A stretch of DNA of 64,000 nucleotides. Origin: Octopus vulgaris. Lineage: Eukaryota. How positions within the stretch are numbered: position 1 is the first letter of the stretch; each line of letters starts with the position of its first letter. Below are positions 1-12,099 of this stretch, in pieces. Where the stretch lies: the NCBI GenBank assembly GCA_951406725.2, contig OX597823.1:65534001-65598000 (forward strand), written 5' to 3'. The notes beneath the pieces are model-generated. The model saw only the letters and a list, made by a program, of their open reading frames with translations. It did no database searches and was not told the origin of the DNA. The position numbers and the translations under genes are program-made.

Positions 1-204
1 ACGACATTAATGTACGCGCTCAGTATTATGATGATCATAGAATTGTTAGTCTTAATTGTAGCAATGGCAATAATGGTGTTAATATCTGTTAAAGGCCATT
101 GTCATGATACTCAAAATGACGGTGATGATAGAAAGGAGAAAAAGAAGGATAACCATGATGATGGAAGTAGTGCAGGTGTTGGATACAAAGGTGATATTGG
201 TTGT

Positions 205-656
205 GATTTTGCAGCTGGTTGAGTCATTAGAGTACCATTGTATTCTGACTCAGCAAATGTGGGATCGAGTCCCACCCAGAGCCAGGATTGTTTTCTTTTT
301 TTCCTTTCGTGGTCGTCAAATGTCCAAGTCTGCAGCAATGTATTGGTTGCACTGTGAACATTTTAGAGCGAATTAACAGCGGTATTTGCTTCCATTCTGT
401 ATTTTTGAGTAAGAATACAAAAATGGCACTGTATCTGAAAAGAACTCTCGCCAATCCACAGGTCTAGCGTAGTAAGCGACAACAGTACATTCTCAAAACA
501 TAGGTCAGCATATAATAGATGGTGCTAAGGGGTGGAGTTCAGAGACAGTATCTCCACCCCGAGAGATCTCTTGCTCTGGTAAATAAATTAAAGCTTGGAT
601 GATTAGGAATGTTCTGACTCCATGGTGAACAGGGTAACATTATTAATAATAATAAT
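205..656 (+). mobile_element. Probable decayed tRNA-headed SINE-like element ending in (TAA)n
   Basis: tRNA-like head with B-box-like GGATCGAGTCCC (~262-273). Hairpin GGGGTGGAG...CTCCACCCC (~528-560). Short (AAT)n tail. Family not identified. Confidence 0.35.
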
Positions 657-981
657 GGTCACAGTGAACTAAATACCCATACAGATGCTAGAAAATATGG
701 ACACGTTGGAGCATATGTCTGTATTCTTCATATGAGCACTTACTGTAAGCAAACGATAAATTGATTGGATATTGCTTAATATAGCCTGAAGCAAGAATGT
801 GCAATGAAGTTTCCGTGAATTATTTTAGTCAATTTCTATAATAATATAGTGATGATTTTGAATTTTCGAATGTATATTTTTACGAAAATCAATTCTCATG
901 AGATACATGTGAAAGTTATCTGGATACATAACGCATATATGCATACCTCAATATCTTTCCAATCTTTACCGTCTCTCTCCC

Positions 982-1206
<225 letters not shown>

Positions 1207-2589
1207 GCAAATTTGAGGCGACAAATTTATGGTTGCTGCAATATTGACGACTATTTTCTCTAATTCGTAAATGTAATCGTATGCACTCCCCCACACACAC
1301 AAACACACGCAAACACACAAACACGTGCATAGTCATATATTTGTATGCACGTATCGTATGTACACATGTATTTCTACGTATTCATATCAAGAATGAATGA
1401 AAGTGCGAATATACATACATATATATATATATATATACACACACATATTTTGCCATTGACGTCAATAAAACCTGAATTAAACGTACGGTATAGCGATTAC
1501 ACAACTCATATATTAATGAATTAGAACATAACCTCTCAAAATTATGTTGTTGCTGTTGATTACTAAGAGGTTAGCGCAGCAATATATTTTATTTTCACGC
1601 TTATTTATATAGCAGTACATCAGCTAATGTGTCATTTCTTTGAAGATGTTCAGATGAGATTCAAGGGACATTTAGTGGCTATTTCTACCAGTTCGAACAT
1701 CAATTAAGGGCCCGTGCGTTTGTTTGCTCATAAACATGTTCTCTAATGAGGTATTTAAGATCATGAAAATCTTTGTTTACATCCTTCTGAATCCAAGTAC
1801 AGCCGAGGTTAACTTTGTTTTCTTTCCTATTGAAATCGATATGATGTATGAGTTAAGTGCTGGGGCGATTTTCTGTATCTGTTTATCTCTCTGACTCTCA
1901 CTTTCTGGGAATCGGCTGCTTTTCACGAATAGTGGCAAAATCTAAAATCAGAACGCTAAGAGCTAGAATGAATATCGCATTGAATATTGTCCTTTGCATT
2001 AACGGCTCTGCTAAGTTAGCTACCTTTCTTGTCTGTTTTTCAAGCTGATTATCTAGCTTAATACATAGTGAATCAGCTCCATTTGTAAGACGGTAGTTCG
2101 TGACTTGAGGGCTATTTAGCTGTTTTTCAACTAAGTCCAGTTATAAGGTACATGTTTACTGCGTTGTACTTGCTTTTATTTGTGCCATATTATAGTATAG
2201 GTATCTACGTTTGGCGATTTTCTATATCTAGCATAGAGTTTTGTAAATGTTATTTCAGCCAATGTACGCTGTAAAAAACTTTTCTGTTACAGAGACATCA
2301 GATCATTTCATGTGATAAATGCGGAGTCTTCCCACAAAGGAATTTTATAGTTACATATGTTAGAGGAATTCAGTATTTTAAGCTCTCTGTATGTTTACTT
2401 AGCTGGAAGAGAAATAAGTTTTTTTAAAACTTGGAGCCTCCTTAATGTGCTTTTCAAATTATCAACATGGCTTTCGGTATTATCAACATGGTTCTAAAGA
2501 GGCACCAGTTACCGTGTTATTCAAAGTAACAATATGCTGCTGTGCTGTATAAAATTACGATAAGGAGACACCAGTCAAGGACATACAAA

Positions 2590-2654
2590 TATCTATATCT
2601 ATATCTATATCTATATGTCTGTCTATCTATCTATCTATCTATCTACATATCTAC

Positions 2655-2726
<72 letters not shown>

Positions 2727-2745
2727 ATATATATATATATATATA
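2590..2745. repeat. (TATC)n + (TA)n compound microsatellite
   Basis: Direct reading. Confidence 0.95.
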
Positions 2746-4133
2746 CATTGGAGAAGATTAAGGTTAAGCCTTCTTAATACCCGATATATCAGCTTCTGAT
2801 GTAACTGTGTTGAACTATAAAATGAGAATGTAATAAGACTTGGGCAAATACAAATAGATCTACCTGTTTTAAAGCTCTTTAAATATGTTAATTATAGCTT
2901 TTACATAGGTATTCTGAAAGCTGTATTTTATCACTTGCCTAAGAAACGATCATGTAAGATTTTTCTACAGCAAAGTATGAACATGAAAGATTTCGCCTGT
3001 ACTGCTCTTCAGTACTTTGCAACATCAATAAAATTAGGATAATTTACTATCATTGTACCAAATTACAGAGATGTTTTTGATATAAGTTGCAAGCATACAC
3101 ATATAGAGAACTAAGATGATGCTATGATGAAAAGCATCGCCTCTTTTTGGCTTGTAGTCACATGCTCGCTCTTATAGATATGGTGAGGGAAATTACGTTA
3201 CAAAAGTTGTTTATTCTTTCCATATCCCGATAACAGTATGAATTATAACAGAGAATAATAAGTCATACAACTGGCTATACCTTCGTTATTATGTTAGCCA
3301 AAAAGGCATAGCATAAATTTGGTTTAATTTCTGACAGCATGTAGAAAATTTAAGACACATTGAGTCATTATCTGATGGGAGTACAAAGTTAAAGTCTGCC
3401 ATCTTGACAATGATATTTATGAACGTAATCATCAAAAAATCGCAGAAATGATATTGAAACACACTATTTCAAAATCATCATATTGAACTAAAGTATTACA
3501 CACATCAAATAAGAAAAATATATCTAAAATAAATTGATATTTAATATCTTTATCACTAGATATTTTCTGGTTATGGATAGCAATTCATAATTGATTGATG
3601 GGTTTCAGATGGATCAAATACGCCAGGTAATACAGTGATTTAATATATTTGCACATGCAGAAAGATAAATGGCTTATCTTGTGTCACGTTGAAAATGATC
3701 CTCCCCATGCTTCATTATAGAAGTGGGTTATAGGAAAATGTGAAAATGTCTGAACAATTATCGTACTTATAAGTGTTATACCATTTTCTTAATTAAGGTT
3801 AGTAGGACTGATTTTGCTCGAGGGAGATATAGTAATTTCAATGTTACTATTTATCTTTATGCATTAAGGAATGTATTCCCAAGAAAATATTTCAGAAAAC
3901 TATAAAGGTTTGATAAGCTAATCTTTTTCATATCATACAGAAACACTTTCAATCCATCGTTTAATTTCATATTTCAATCAAAAGAGATGAGTACCGTAAC
4001 CTCACTAATTCCAGTCTAACTGGTTGATATGAATAGTTTAATCTAACACTTTTCCAACTCATAAAAGATCCGTGGGGATCGCTCTTAACAACTGAAAGTG
4101 ATAAGAATCATTAAGATAACATATATACATACC

Positions 4134-4190
4134 TTAAGGCGGTGCTCCAGCATGGCCACCGTCAAATCAGTGAATCAAGTAAAAGAATAT
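4134..4190 (+). mobile_element. SINE family A 3' tail fragment
   Basis: AAGGCGGTGCTCCAGCATGGCC...GTAAAAGAATA matches the 3' end of the full copies at 33871, 49721 and 50299. Confidence 0.85.
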
Positions 4191-5704
4191 CGTTCTACTT
4201 CTAGAGAGTGTCGGTTTATCGCAAGTAACGTTAGCCGCAAGGAAAGGAAATTGAATTTACCTCCTAAGATATTGAATTACACATTTTCTCACTTGTACTT
4301 ACGCTATTTATAGAAGTAATTAATATCAAGTACAGTACCTACATAAACCGAACTATTAGCCGTTGAATGCTGTACGTTCACCAAAAACACACAAACTAGA
4401 CCAAGTAAAAATGCACTAGGAAACCTCTCGCTTGGGAGAGATTTGTAGCAAGGGACTTGATTAATTTTACCGTCTCAGTTTCCATTGAAAACACTTAGCA
4501 TGGCTTAAAAGGTTAGCATGTTTTTAAGGTTTTAAGGTTTAAAACTTGGTACCAACTAATGTATATATATATATATTTTTTTTTTTTGTTTAATGTTTTC
4601 ACTGATAGGACTGCGGCCATGCTGGAGCTCCACCTTAATTTTCTGTCAGTGTTGTTGTCGCTTTATAACTGGAAATTGGTATATAATAGAATATATAGCA
4701 GCTGATCTCTGAATACTTTTTGGTTCGGTATAATCGTTAGGACTTTATGAGTATTTTAGCAGAGGTTCCTTCCATATTTATGATTACTTTTGGTAGACAA
4801 CAGTGGTTGTGATGAAATGTTATGAGATAAAGTAAGTCACCTTGCAGTACAATTTCCGAGGCTTTGTGTTCTGACGACAGTCTCAGTGATGACACCGGTG
4901 CAAAGCTGTACCGCAGACGGCGGAATTTCCCTTCGATAAACATCAGTGGTACGGAGAGGAAAATCTTGCATGCTAGGTTTCACTAAAATACCTTCCCACG
5001 CCGGCTTATACATGCACAGACACATTGCCAACAAGGACTGGTGACTGTGACATTCAGAAAATATTATTTCGCCACGCTTTCATTAACATATTCTCTCTCT
5101 CATTCACTCACTCTCTCATTCACTTTCTATCTCTTTCTCTTTCTCTTTGTCCCTCTTTATCCCTTGTTGTCTCTCTATATCGAAGTATTACGAAAATGCT
5201 TTGACTCTCTTGTGACAACAAATGTAGGCTATCAACATCAAGAGATTGATATGAAGCAACTAGGTTATAGATTCGAGATCCTCGTCTGGCTCGTTCACTA
5301 GAATACTACTTCTACAGTATTTCAAATCGCTAATTTTTATATGTATGTACATATACATACATACATACATACATACATACATACATACATACATACATAC
5401 ATGCATGCATACATACATACATATATATATGTGTGCGTGTGTGTGTGTATGTGTGTGTGTCCGTGTATCTGAGCGTGTGTCTGTGCATACACGCATGCAC
5501 ACACATATAAATGTATATAAAAGAAAATAGCTATAAAAACAAGGCCAGTTTTCAAATGAATATAGTAAACTGTCGCATTATATTGCAGTTCTCTCAGAAG
5601 GAATTTTAGACTATTACGTATTTTAGATCAAAGTTATTTTGAAGACAAATATGCAAAGAGAAGAAAGATAACGTTACTGCTACATAAAATAAAACTGCAA
5701 AAGA

Positions 5705-5769
<65 letters not shown>
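5705..5769. repeat. (TAA)n microsatellite
   Basis: Direct reading. Confidence 0.97.
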
Positions 5770-5771
<2 letters not shown>

Positions 5772-6384
5772 GTACGATCAGTCAAAATTCTTTAAAATAA
5801 AGGCAAAAATGTTTTAAACATGCTGATCATTCAGGAAAAGCTAATTTATGGAAATAAAAGAGCTGAAAGGCGTACAAAGCTTGTCCTTAGCTGTTTAAAA
5901 GCAGAAAACTGATTTATATCGCCTTTGATCAGAAGAGGATCTGATATGCATAGCTTCTGTTTCATTACCCGGTGGAAACTTTCCAGAATAGATTTGATAC
6001 TTTTATAACATGAAATAAAAGAAATACCATAAGGTACTAGAATATTTTTTTGGGAAGTTGCTTTATTCGTACTTAGTGATGGATTGTGTTTTAGATTATA
6101 GATTCTTTCAATAATGTGAAAACCATTGCAGGCAGTCTAAGTTGGAAGATTGGTGCAGTTTGTTTATTTTTGTCCTCTTTTTTTTTTCCAGTTTTAGCTT
6201 TGTGTTTAAAAACAAAATAACTTGGTATGAATATATTAAAAAAATAGGCTGCTAGTATTTCTGTTGCAATCCTTCGTCAGTTTGAATGATGCGCATTTCC
6301 TTATTCGAAAAACTAAATCGAACCTTTTATTTACAATGTACAACCAAAAAGATAGTGGCATGAGTGGTTTCTTCCTGCATTGGA

Positions 6385-6520
6385 CTATTATTTAACTCAT
6401 CGAGCTCTAAGGACGAAATTGATCTCGCAGTGATTTGGTCACTGAATGGTCAATGAACGGACACGAATATTGCAAGGCATTCTATCCGATACTCTAACGG
6501 TTTTATCAGTTCCTCGCTTT
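6385..6520 (-). mobile_element. SINE family B, decayed fragment
   Basis: Similar to the 40912-41143 copy (same orientation): GAAATTGATCTCGCAGTGATTTG...CTCTAACGGTTTTATCAGTTCCTCGC. Confidence 0.6.
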
Positions 6521-6885
6521 AATTACATGTATAGGAAAGATGTGTGACAGAACGGCATCACATCCAGGAAGGGAATTTATACGCCAATGAAACCGGGAAA
6601 CCGGCACTTATAAGCCAGGCATGGCCCGGGAATGAATAAACGACAATAGCAAAGAAAATTTAAGCTGTATTTTCTTAAGATAATTAGTTTCATAACCTCA
6701 CGTAAGGTTTGCGAAAGCAGGTCATGCAGTTTTATAGTTTTTCCCAAAGGGATTTTTTCTGTGGATGATGTCAATAAGGAACTCGTTGTCCTTGATATTT
6801 CGTTGCTTGTTGATGTTGGTTAAATATATTCCTTACTATTTCAATCTGTTTTGTTGTCACCAATATTACAGCTCCATCAAAAGCC

Positions 6886-7093
6886 TGCGAACTGGCTGAA
6901 TCGTTAGGACGTTGGGTAAGGTATTTAACAACATTTCGTCTTTCTCTACGTTCTGAGTTCAAATTCCATTGAGGTCAACTTTGCATTTCATCCATTTGTT
7001 TGATTAAAATATCAAGAATATTGGGGTTAATGTAATCGACTTTCCGCTCCGCTAAGATTTGTTGGCTTTGTACCAAAATTTGAAACAAATATT
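6886..7093 (+). mobile_element. SINE family B, diverged copy
   Basis: CGAACTGGCTGAATCGTTAGG...TACGTTCTGAGTTCAAATTCC...GGTCAACTTTGCATTTCATCC matches the reverse complement of 40912-41143. Confidence 0.85.
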
Positions 7094-7544
7094 ACTGATC
7101 CATCTCTCGGGAAACCTAAGAATGTGATTTCATTGTGTTAATGCTAAATACTTCGTTTTATCTCACAGGTTTGTTTAAATCTGTGAATTGAAAGACAATT
7201 TATTAATCAAGCTCTCTTATGTTGGTGCATTGAACTAATCTCTTGGAAACTCACATTAACTATGTTCGTTTTAAAATTTCATTATATCTATTTATATAAT
7301 AGTAAAGATATATAGTTTTCATGAATTAGAGTAATGAGTTGTGTGGGGACTGGCATGTCAAAGAAAATACCTAAAGTTTCTTTTCCGAGTCGTAAAAGGC
7401 AACTAAAAGAAGTTGAAGGAGGATTTGTACTTCGACGTCATAAAACTCTCACCAGCAACAACTATCCGAATAGACTCACGGGTTGGAGCGTTGTTGCCTA
7501 ATTGGTGCAAAGGTGTCATCTACGTATTACAACGCATGCCCCCA

Positions 7545-7633
7545 TACTACTACTACTACTACTACTACTACTACCGCTGCTGCTGCTGTTGCTACTACTA
7601 CTACTACTGCTGCTACTACTACTACTGCTGCTG

Positions 7634-7667
<34 letters not shown>

Positions 7668-7757
7668 CAATACTACTACTACTACTCCTTCTACTACTAC
7701 TACTACTACTGCTACTACTACTACTACTATTGCTACTACTACTGCTGCTGCTGCCAA

Positions 7758-7793
<36 letters not shown>

Positions 7794-7878
7794 CACTACT
7801 ACTACTGCTGCTACTACTACTGCTGCTGCTACTACAACTACTGCTATTGCTACCGCGCTGCGTTTGCTGCTGCTACAA
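7545..7878. repeat. Mixed (CTA)/(CTG) trinucleotide array
   Basis: Gives poly-Y/C, poly-T/A and poly-L ORFs in three frames. Confidence 0.95.
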
Positions 7879-8768
7879 CAATGTTGATGACTGTTGCTGA
7901 CGGTTGTTCAGCCGAGTTGGAATACTAAGAACGGTTTGAAAATTAACATCACTTAGGTTTGTATGCTGGGTTATCAATGGAAGATTTCTCCCTCAGTTAC
8001 AATTGGAATGAGTAACTGAAGCCAACACACTTTTCAACAGTTTCCAGCGTGTTTACTTTAATACCAAACATAACTTGATAACAACTTGGACGCCTATTGC
8101 AAAAGCTACCTGGTTGCTATGGATATAAAACAGTTCAGGATTGCGACACGATACAAACTAAATAATCTCCGACTGGTTGCTCAGTATTTCATATTATCCA
8201 TTTACATACATGGACTAAGTTTGGACAATATAATTCCTACGGATGTTGTTCTTTGAAACTGTTATTCATTGCTAGCAATAATTTTGTAACCCGCCATTCC
8301 GCTCTTAAACATATTAATTTCTTTGTTGTTTTCTATTGGCGATGAACTAAATAATTCCTGGCATATAGTTACTTCCATTCGCTTTATGATTTCAGATCAC
8401 ACCAAGGTAGACGGCTTCTTTTATCTATACAAAATTTACAAAATAAGTATTGATCAACAGAACAATATAATCAACTACATTGTATCTCTAATGGTATGTG
8501 TCCTATGAACCTCTGATTTTGTTGGAAACTATTATTCATATTATTAATAAATGACGAATTTAATTATTTTCCGTATTCTGTTACGTCCTTTACAATGTAA
8601 TATCAAATCTTGCCGAGGTTTATTTCATCTTCTAACCTTTTAGAGACTATGTAACGAGTACTGCCAAGTACTAGATACAAAATAATCAACTATAACTTCC
8701 ACAGTAGAACTGGCAACGACCTTTTACCTAATTTAGGAATATTAATGATATTTTTATCACTCCTTTGT

Positions 8769-8825
8769 CTACTAACCCCAACATTCCGAGTTCTATTCCA
8801 GGCAGTGACCTGAATAATAATAATA

Positions 8826-8876
<51 letters not shown>

Positions 8877-9050
8877 TCGAAAAATACATGAGGAATGAGA
8901 ACCCAGGTTCGAAATTTCCCCAAGACACATGATGAAGGCTCGGGGGTATATCAGCGGAAACGTTGTGTTAACAACAAACAAGATGAGGACAAATATCCGT
9001 CAAATGTAAATAATGTACACAATTTCTCATCTTTTAAATATAGAACTGTA
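8769..9050 (+). mobile_element. tRNA-head + (TAA)n + hammerhead SINE-like element (family H1), 5'-truncated copy
   Basis: Partial tRNA head with B-box GAGTTCTATTCC (8788-8799), (TAA)n, HHR-like core 8924-8969 (C3>A), tail ...AGAACTGTA. Colinear with 51404-51673 and 63569-64000. Confidence 0.85.
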
Positions 9051-9089
9051 TATACCTTAATATATATATATGTCTATATTTTTTATAGG

Positions 9090-9510
9090 TTCCGCCCCTT
9101 TTAAGCATCTTCAAATTCAAACCAAACACATTGAATTATACCTGTCATTATGCATAGAATCTAATTTCCAAATATCATAAGGATCCATTCAATAATACTG
9201 GTCCATGAAAAATGACAAAAATTTGGAGGTTAAGCCACCATTACGTGGTCTTAGAATCATCCAAAGAAATGGAAATTTTGAGTATATTTTAAAATTTATT
9301 TCTATTAAATTTTATCAAAATCCGAAGCATATGAATTTTCACGGAAGGGTTCTTTCCCCCCTTATTCTCCCTCAAAATTATATGAAACATACGGCATTAC
9401 CCTTCTGCCTAGGCTTGGATTTTGTGTTCCAAATTTCATTAGGATCAGTCCAGTAGTTTTCTAGTCTATAAGTAACACACGAACACACGTAAAGACATTG
9501 ACATTTGCAT
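9090..9510 (-). mobile_element. Non-autonomous Helitron/DINE-like repeat with internal subrepeats
   Basis: Repeated CCAAAT(A/T)TCAT(A/T)AGGATC motif (9168, 9429) and an ACACAC-rich end typical of such elements. No coding sequence. Confidence 0.45.
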
Positions 9511-9582
9511 TGCATAATTGATATACTCCTTTACTCTTTTATTGGTTTCAGTCATTTGACTGCGGCCATGCCGGAGCACCGC

Positions 9583-9585
<3 letters not shown>

Positions 9586-9671
<86 letters not shown>

Positions 9672-9725
9672 TATACATACATGTATATATCTATGTGTGT
9701 GTGTATGTATATATATATATATATA
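9586..9725. repeat. (TA)n microsatellite preceded by a SINE A tail (9525-9586, minus)
   Basis: Direct reading. Confidence 0.9.
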
Positions 9726-10428
9726 AAATAGTAAAAAGTGAAAAAACTACAGAAGGCTTGTTTTAAAAGGTTAAAAAATATATATTTGAGTCATTATGTT
9801 TGAAGAATGTTTTAAATTTTTTTTCATACAATGACATAGTGTTTGAAGAAATGACCGGTTTCGCGTTCAGCTTTTCAAATTTCTTACATCGTTATGTTTA
9901 CGTTGAGAAGTGTGAAGAAAGAGTTCCAGATAAGGGGAGGTGATAAGTGATTTCTTCCGGTGTAAGGGAGATAATCGCTTAATATTTTTTGCCTTTGTTT
10001 TGGAGTGAGTTTCTCTGTATAAGAATGTTGGAATGGTTAAGTTTGGGCTTGTATTTTTCAATGAAGAATGTTTCCTTGTTTAGTCTAATTTGTGTTGGTG
10101 TTCTGATAGCACATTGGTGAAATGGAAAGATTAAAATTTGTGGTAGTAGTTGCTTTGCGCATTTCTCAATGTGCTCACTAAAGGGTATCATTCTGTATTC
10201 TGGGAATGCAATCTGTTGTCGATGCAGTGTGCATCTACGTCTGAGTGATAGTCCGGTGGAGCCCACGTAGTTTTGGTGGCAGCCCGAGCATTTTATGACA
10301 TAAATTATGTTTTCAGAGGCACAAGTAAAATTAGATTTGATCTTGAATTTCTGTCCCTCTTTGAAGAGGAATTCTGATCCTTCTAGAAAGATAGATTGAT
10401 AGATACAGTCGTACAGTTGATTGGGCAA
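9725..10428 (-). mobile_element. Penelope-like retroelement 3' fragment (GIY-YIG endonuclease plus HHR-bearing 3' tail)
   Basis: ORF 9979-10428 reads FTCASENIIYVIKCSGCHQNYVGSTG..RRR..H...RLNKETFFIEKYKPKLN, a Penelope-type GIY-YIG domain. Degenerate HHR at 9846-9885. 3' end abuts (TA)n. Confidence 0.92.
9846..9885 (-). ncRNA. Degenerate minimal hammerhead ribozyme in Penelope 3' repeat
   Basis: Minus strand: AAGAAAT-TTGAAAA-GCtgaacGC-GAAA-CCGG-TC-ATTTCTT. 7-bp stem I, palindromic ACCGGT stem III, two core substitutions. Confidence 0.65.
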
Positions 10429-10429
10429 A

Positions 10430-10625
10430 CAAACATATGAGACACTGCCTTGAAGAATGAGTAGTCGAATAAATCGCCCCCATTCCTTTTTTTAAGTTTT
10501 GATAAGCCTGGTACTTATTCTATTGGGCTTTTTGTTGTCAAGCCATTAAGTTATGGGGATGTAAATAAACCAACACCAATTATCAAGCAGTGATGAGGGA
10601 GAAACAAAGACACAAAAATACACAC
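10430..10625 (-). mobile_element. SINE family A 3' half, diverged
   Basis: AAGCCTGGTACTTATTCTATTGG...GGGGATGTAAATAAACCAACACC matches the reverse complement of family A. Confidence 0.75.
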
Positions 10626-10632
10626 ATACTCT

Positions 10633-10669
<37 letters not shown>

Positions 10670-10729
10670 TTATATATACATATACATACATATATATGTA
10701 CAGTCATGGACCTTGACTAAGGCATGCGT

Positions 10730-10812
10730 AAAATTTGAATGAAATTGATTGAGGTTTAGGAATTCACACAGACAAACTGACAAACAGACATATATTCTCA
10801 GTTTTATATATA
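10730..10812 (-). mobile_element. Non-autonomous Helitron-like 5' end fragment
   Basis: Reverse complement ATATATAAAACTGAGAAT..GTCTG..CCTAAAC matches the 50234-50298 head. Confidence 0.6.
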
Positions 10813-11510
10813 TATGTATATATATATACATTTATGTGTGTGTGTATCGTACATCGTACATGTGTATGTGTGTATGTAAGCATGTAATATTTTCACTAAT
10901 TTGTTAATATACAGTTGGTTGCACACACACATAATTGCAGGCAACATGAATTAACTTATCGTGTTGACAATCATTTATTTCAATGTCTCAGATTTCAGAT
11001 GCTGTTTATTTTTCATACTTTCACATAATATAAAAATGCGAACAATTTTGAAATAAAGAAATCTGAAAGTTACATCTTCGAATATCTACTGCTTTCCATC
11101 AGCCTCAAGTGTTTTCAGTACTTTCCCTTCATTATGATAATAAAATCGCTGGAGAAAAATCCCACTGACGAAATATGAATATGGTTAAAGATGAATAAAG
11201 GTGATTATATTTTTCAGCTATAAGGATTGAAAAAGGGGAAATAGATGCGGAAGGGGGGAAAATATAGAAAAGAAGCACCCTCGCAAAAATCTGAAATAAG
11301 GGAACGCTTTGTGTGCAGCATACTTGTTTGTGATAAAAAGCAAAATTCTCATTTAAGGAGGAAAAGCGATAAGATGTCAAACATCCACATGGATGCCACC
11401 GTATGTGAGCAACATCAAATTACTAAAACAATGGTTCGGACTCTATATTCTTTGTTTTGAGAGCTCTCCACTTTGACACATGAAACATAGTTTCTTCCTT
11501 GTATGTAATA

Positions 11511-11753
11511 TATAACACCGGATCTTTCTACCGTTTTCACGTCTATTTGCGTTCGAAATATTACCTTCTTGTCTGTACAATACGATACAATTCGGCGCTT
11601 CTAAAAACAAACATATATGTGTATATATATATGCACACAGTCACACACACACACAAACACACGCGCACACACGCACACATATATGTATATACATATATGT
11701 ATATACATATATATCACACACACACATATATATAAATATATGTGTATGTGTAT

Positions 11754-11809
<56 letters not shown>

Positions 11810-11920
11810 ATATCTTTTTTGTTTTTAGAAGCGCCGAATGTGTATCGTATTGTACAAACAAGAAGATAATAATTTCGAACACAGAATAGACGTGAAAATG
11901 GCAGAAAGGTCCGGTATTAT
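11511..11920. mobile_element. MITE-like inverted repeat, ~105-bp arms around a microsatellite
   Basis: 11511-11615 (ACACCGGATCTTTCTACCGTTTTCACGTCTATT...CGGCGCTTCTAAAAACAAA) is the reverse complement of 11815-11920. Confidence 0.85.
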
Positions 11921-12008
11921 TACTCTTATAAGACGGGAAAATGTTGTCAGCAAACATCCACAGGGTGTTCGAAATATTACCTTATTTTATTTACAATGTA
12001 ATGTGTAT

Positions 12009-12045
<37 letters not shown>

Positions 12046-12099
12046 TCTAATTGATTTAAAGTTTAGAAGTAGTGTAACTTCATCAAACGTGAAATTTTC

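Noticed and set aside
1455-1466. Perfect CRE palindrome ATTGACGTCAAT
   Set aside because: Isolated next to a microsatellite with no clustered promoter elements; compatible with chance.
4861-4906. HHR at CTGACGA...GACACCGGTG
   Set aside because: GAAA is replaced by GACA, G sits at the cleavage position, and stem I is out of register.
7413-7928. 171-aa Tyr/Cys-rich or mucin-like Thr/Ala ORF
   Set aside because: A (CTA)/(CTG) triplet array is open in all plus frames, with no signal peptide or splice support.
9979-10428. Stand-alone host GIY-YIG nuclease gene
   Set aside because: Its 5' end is cut by a SINE, the start is non-ATG, it has a Penelope-type tail, and paralogous broken copies lie at 16-17 kb.
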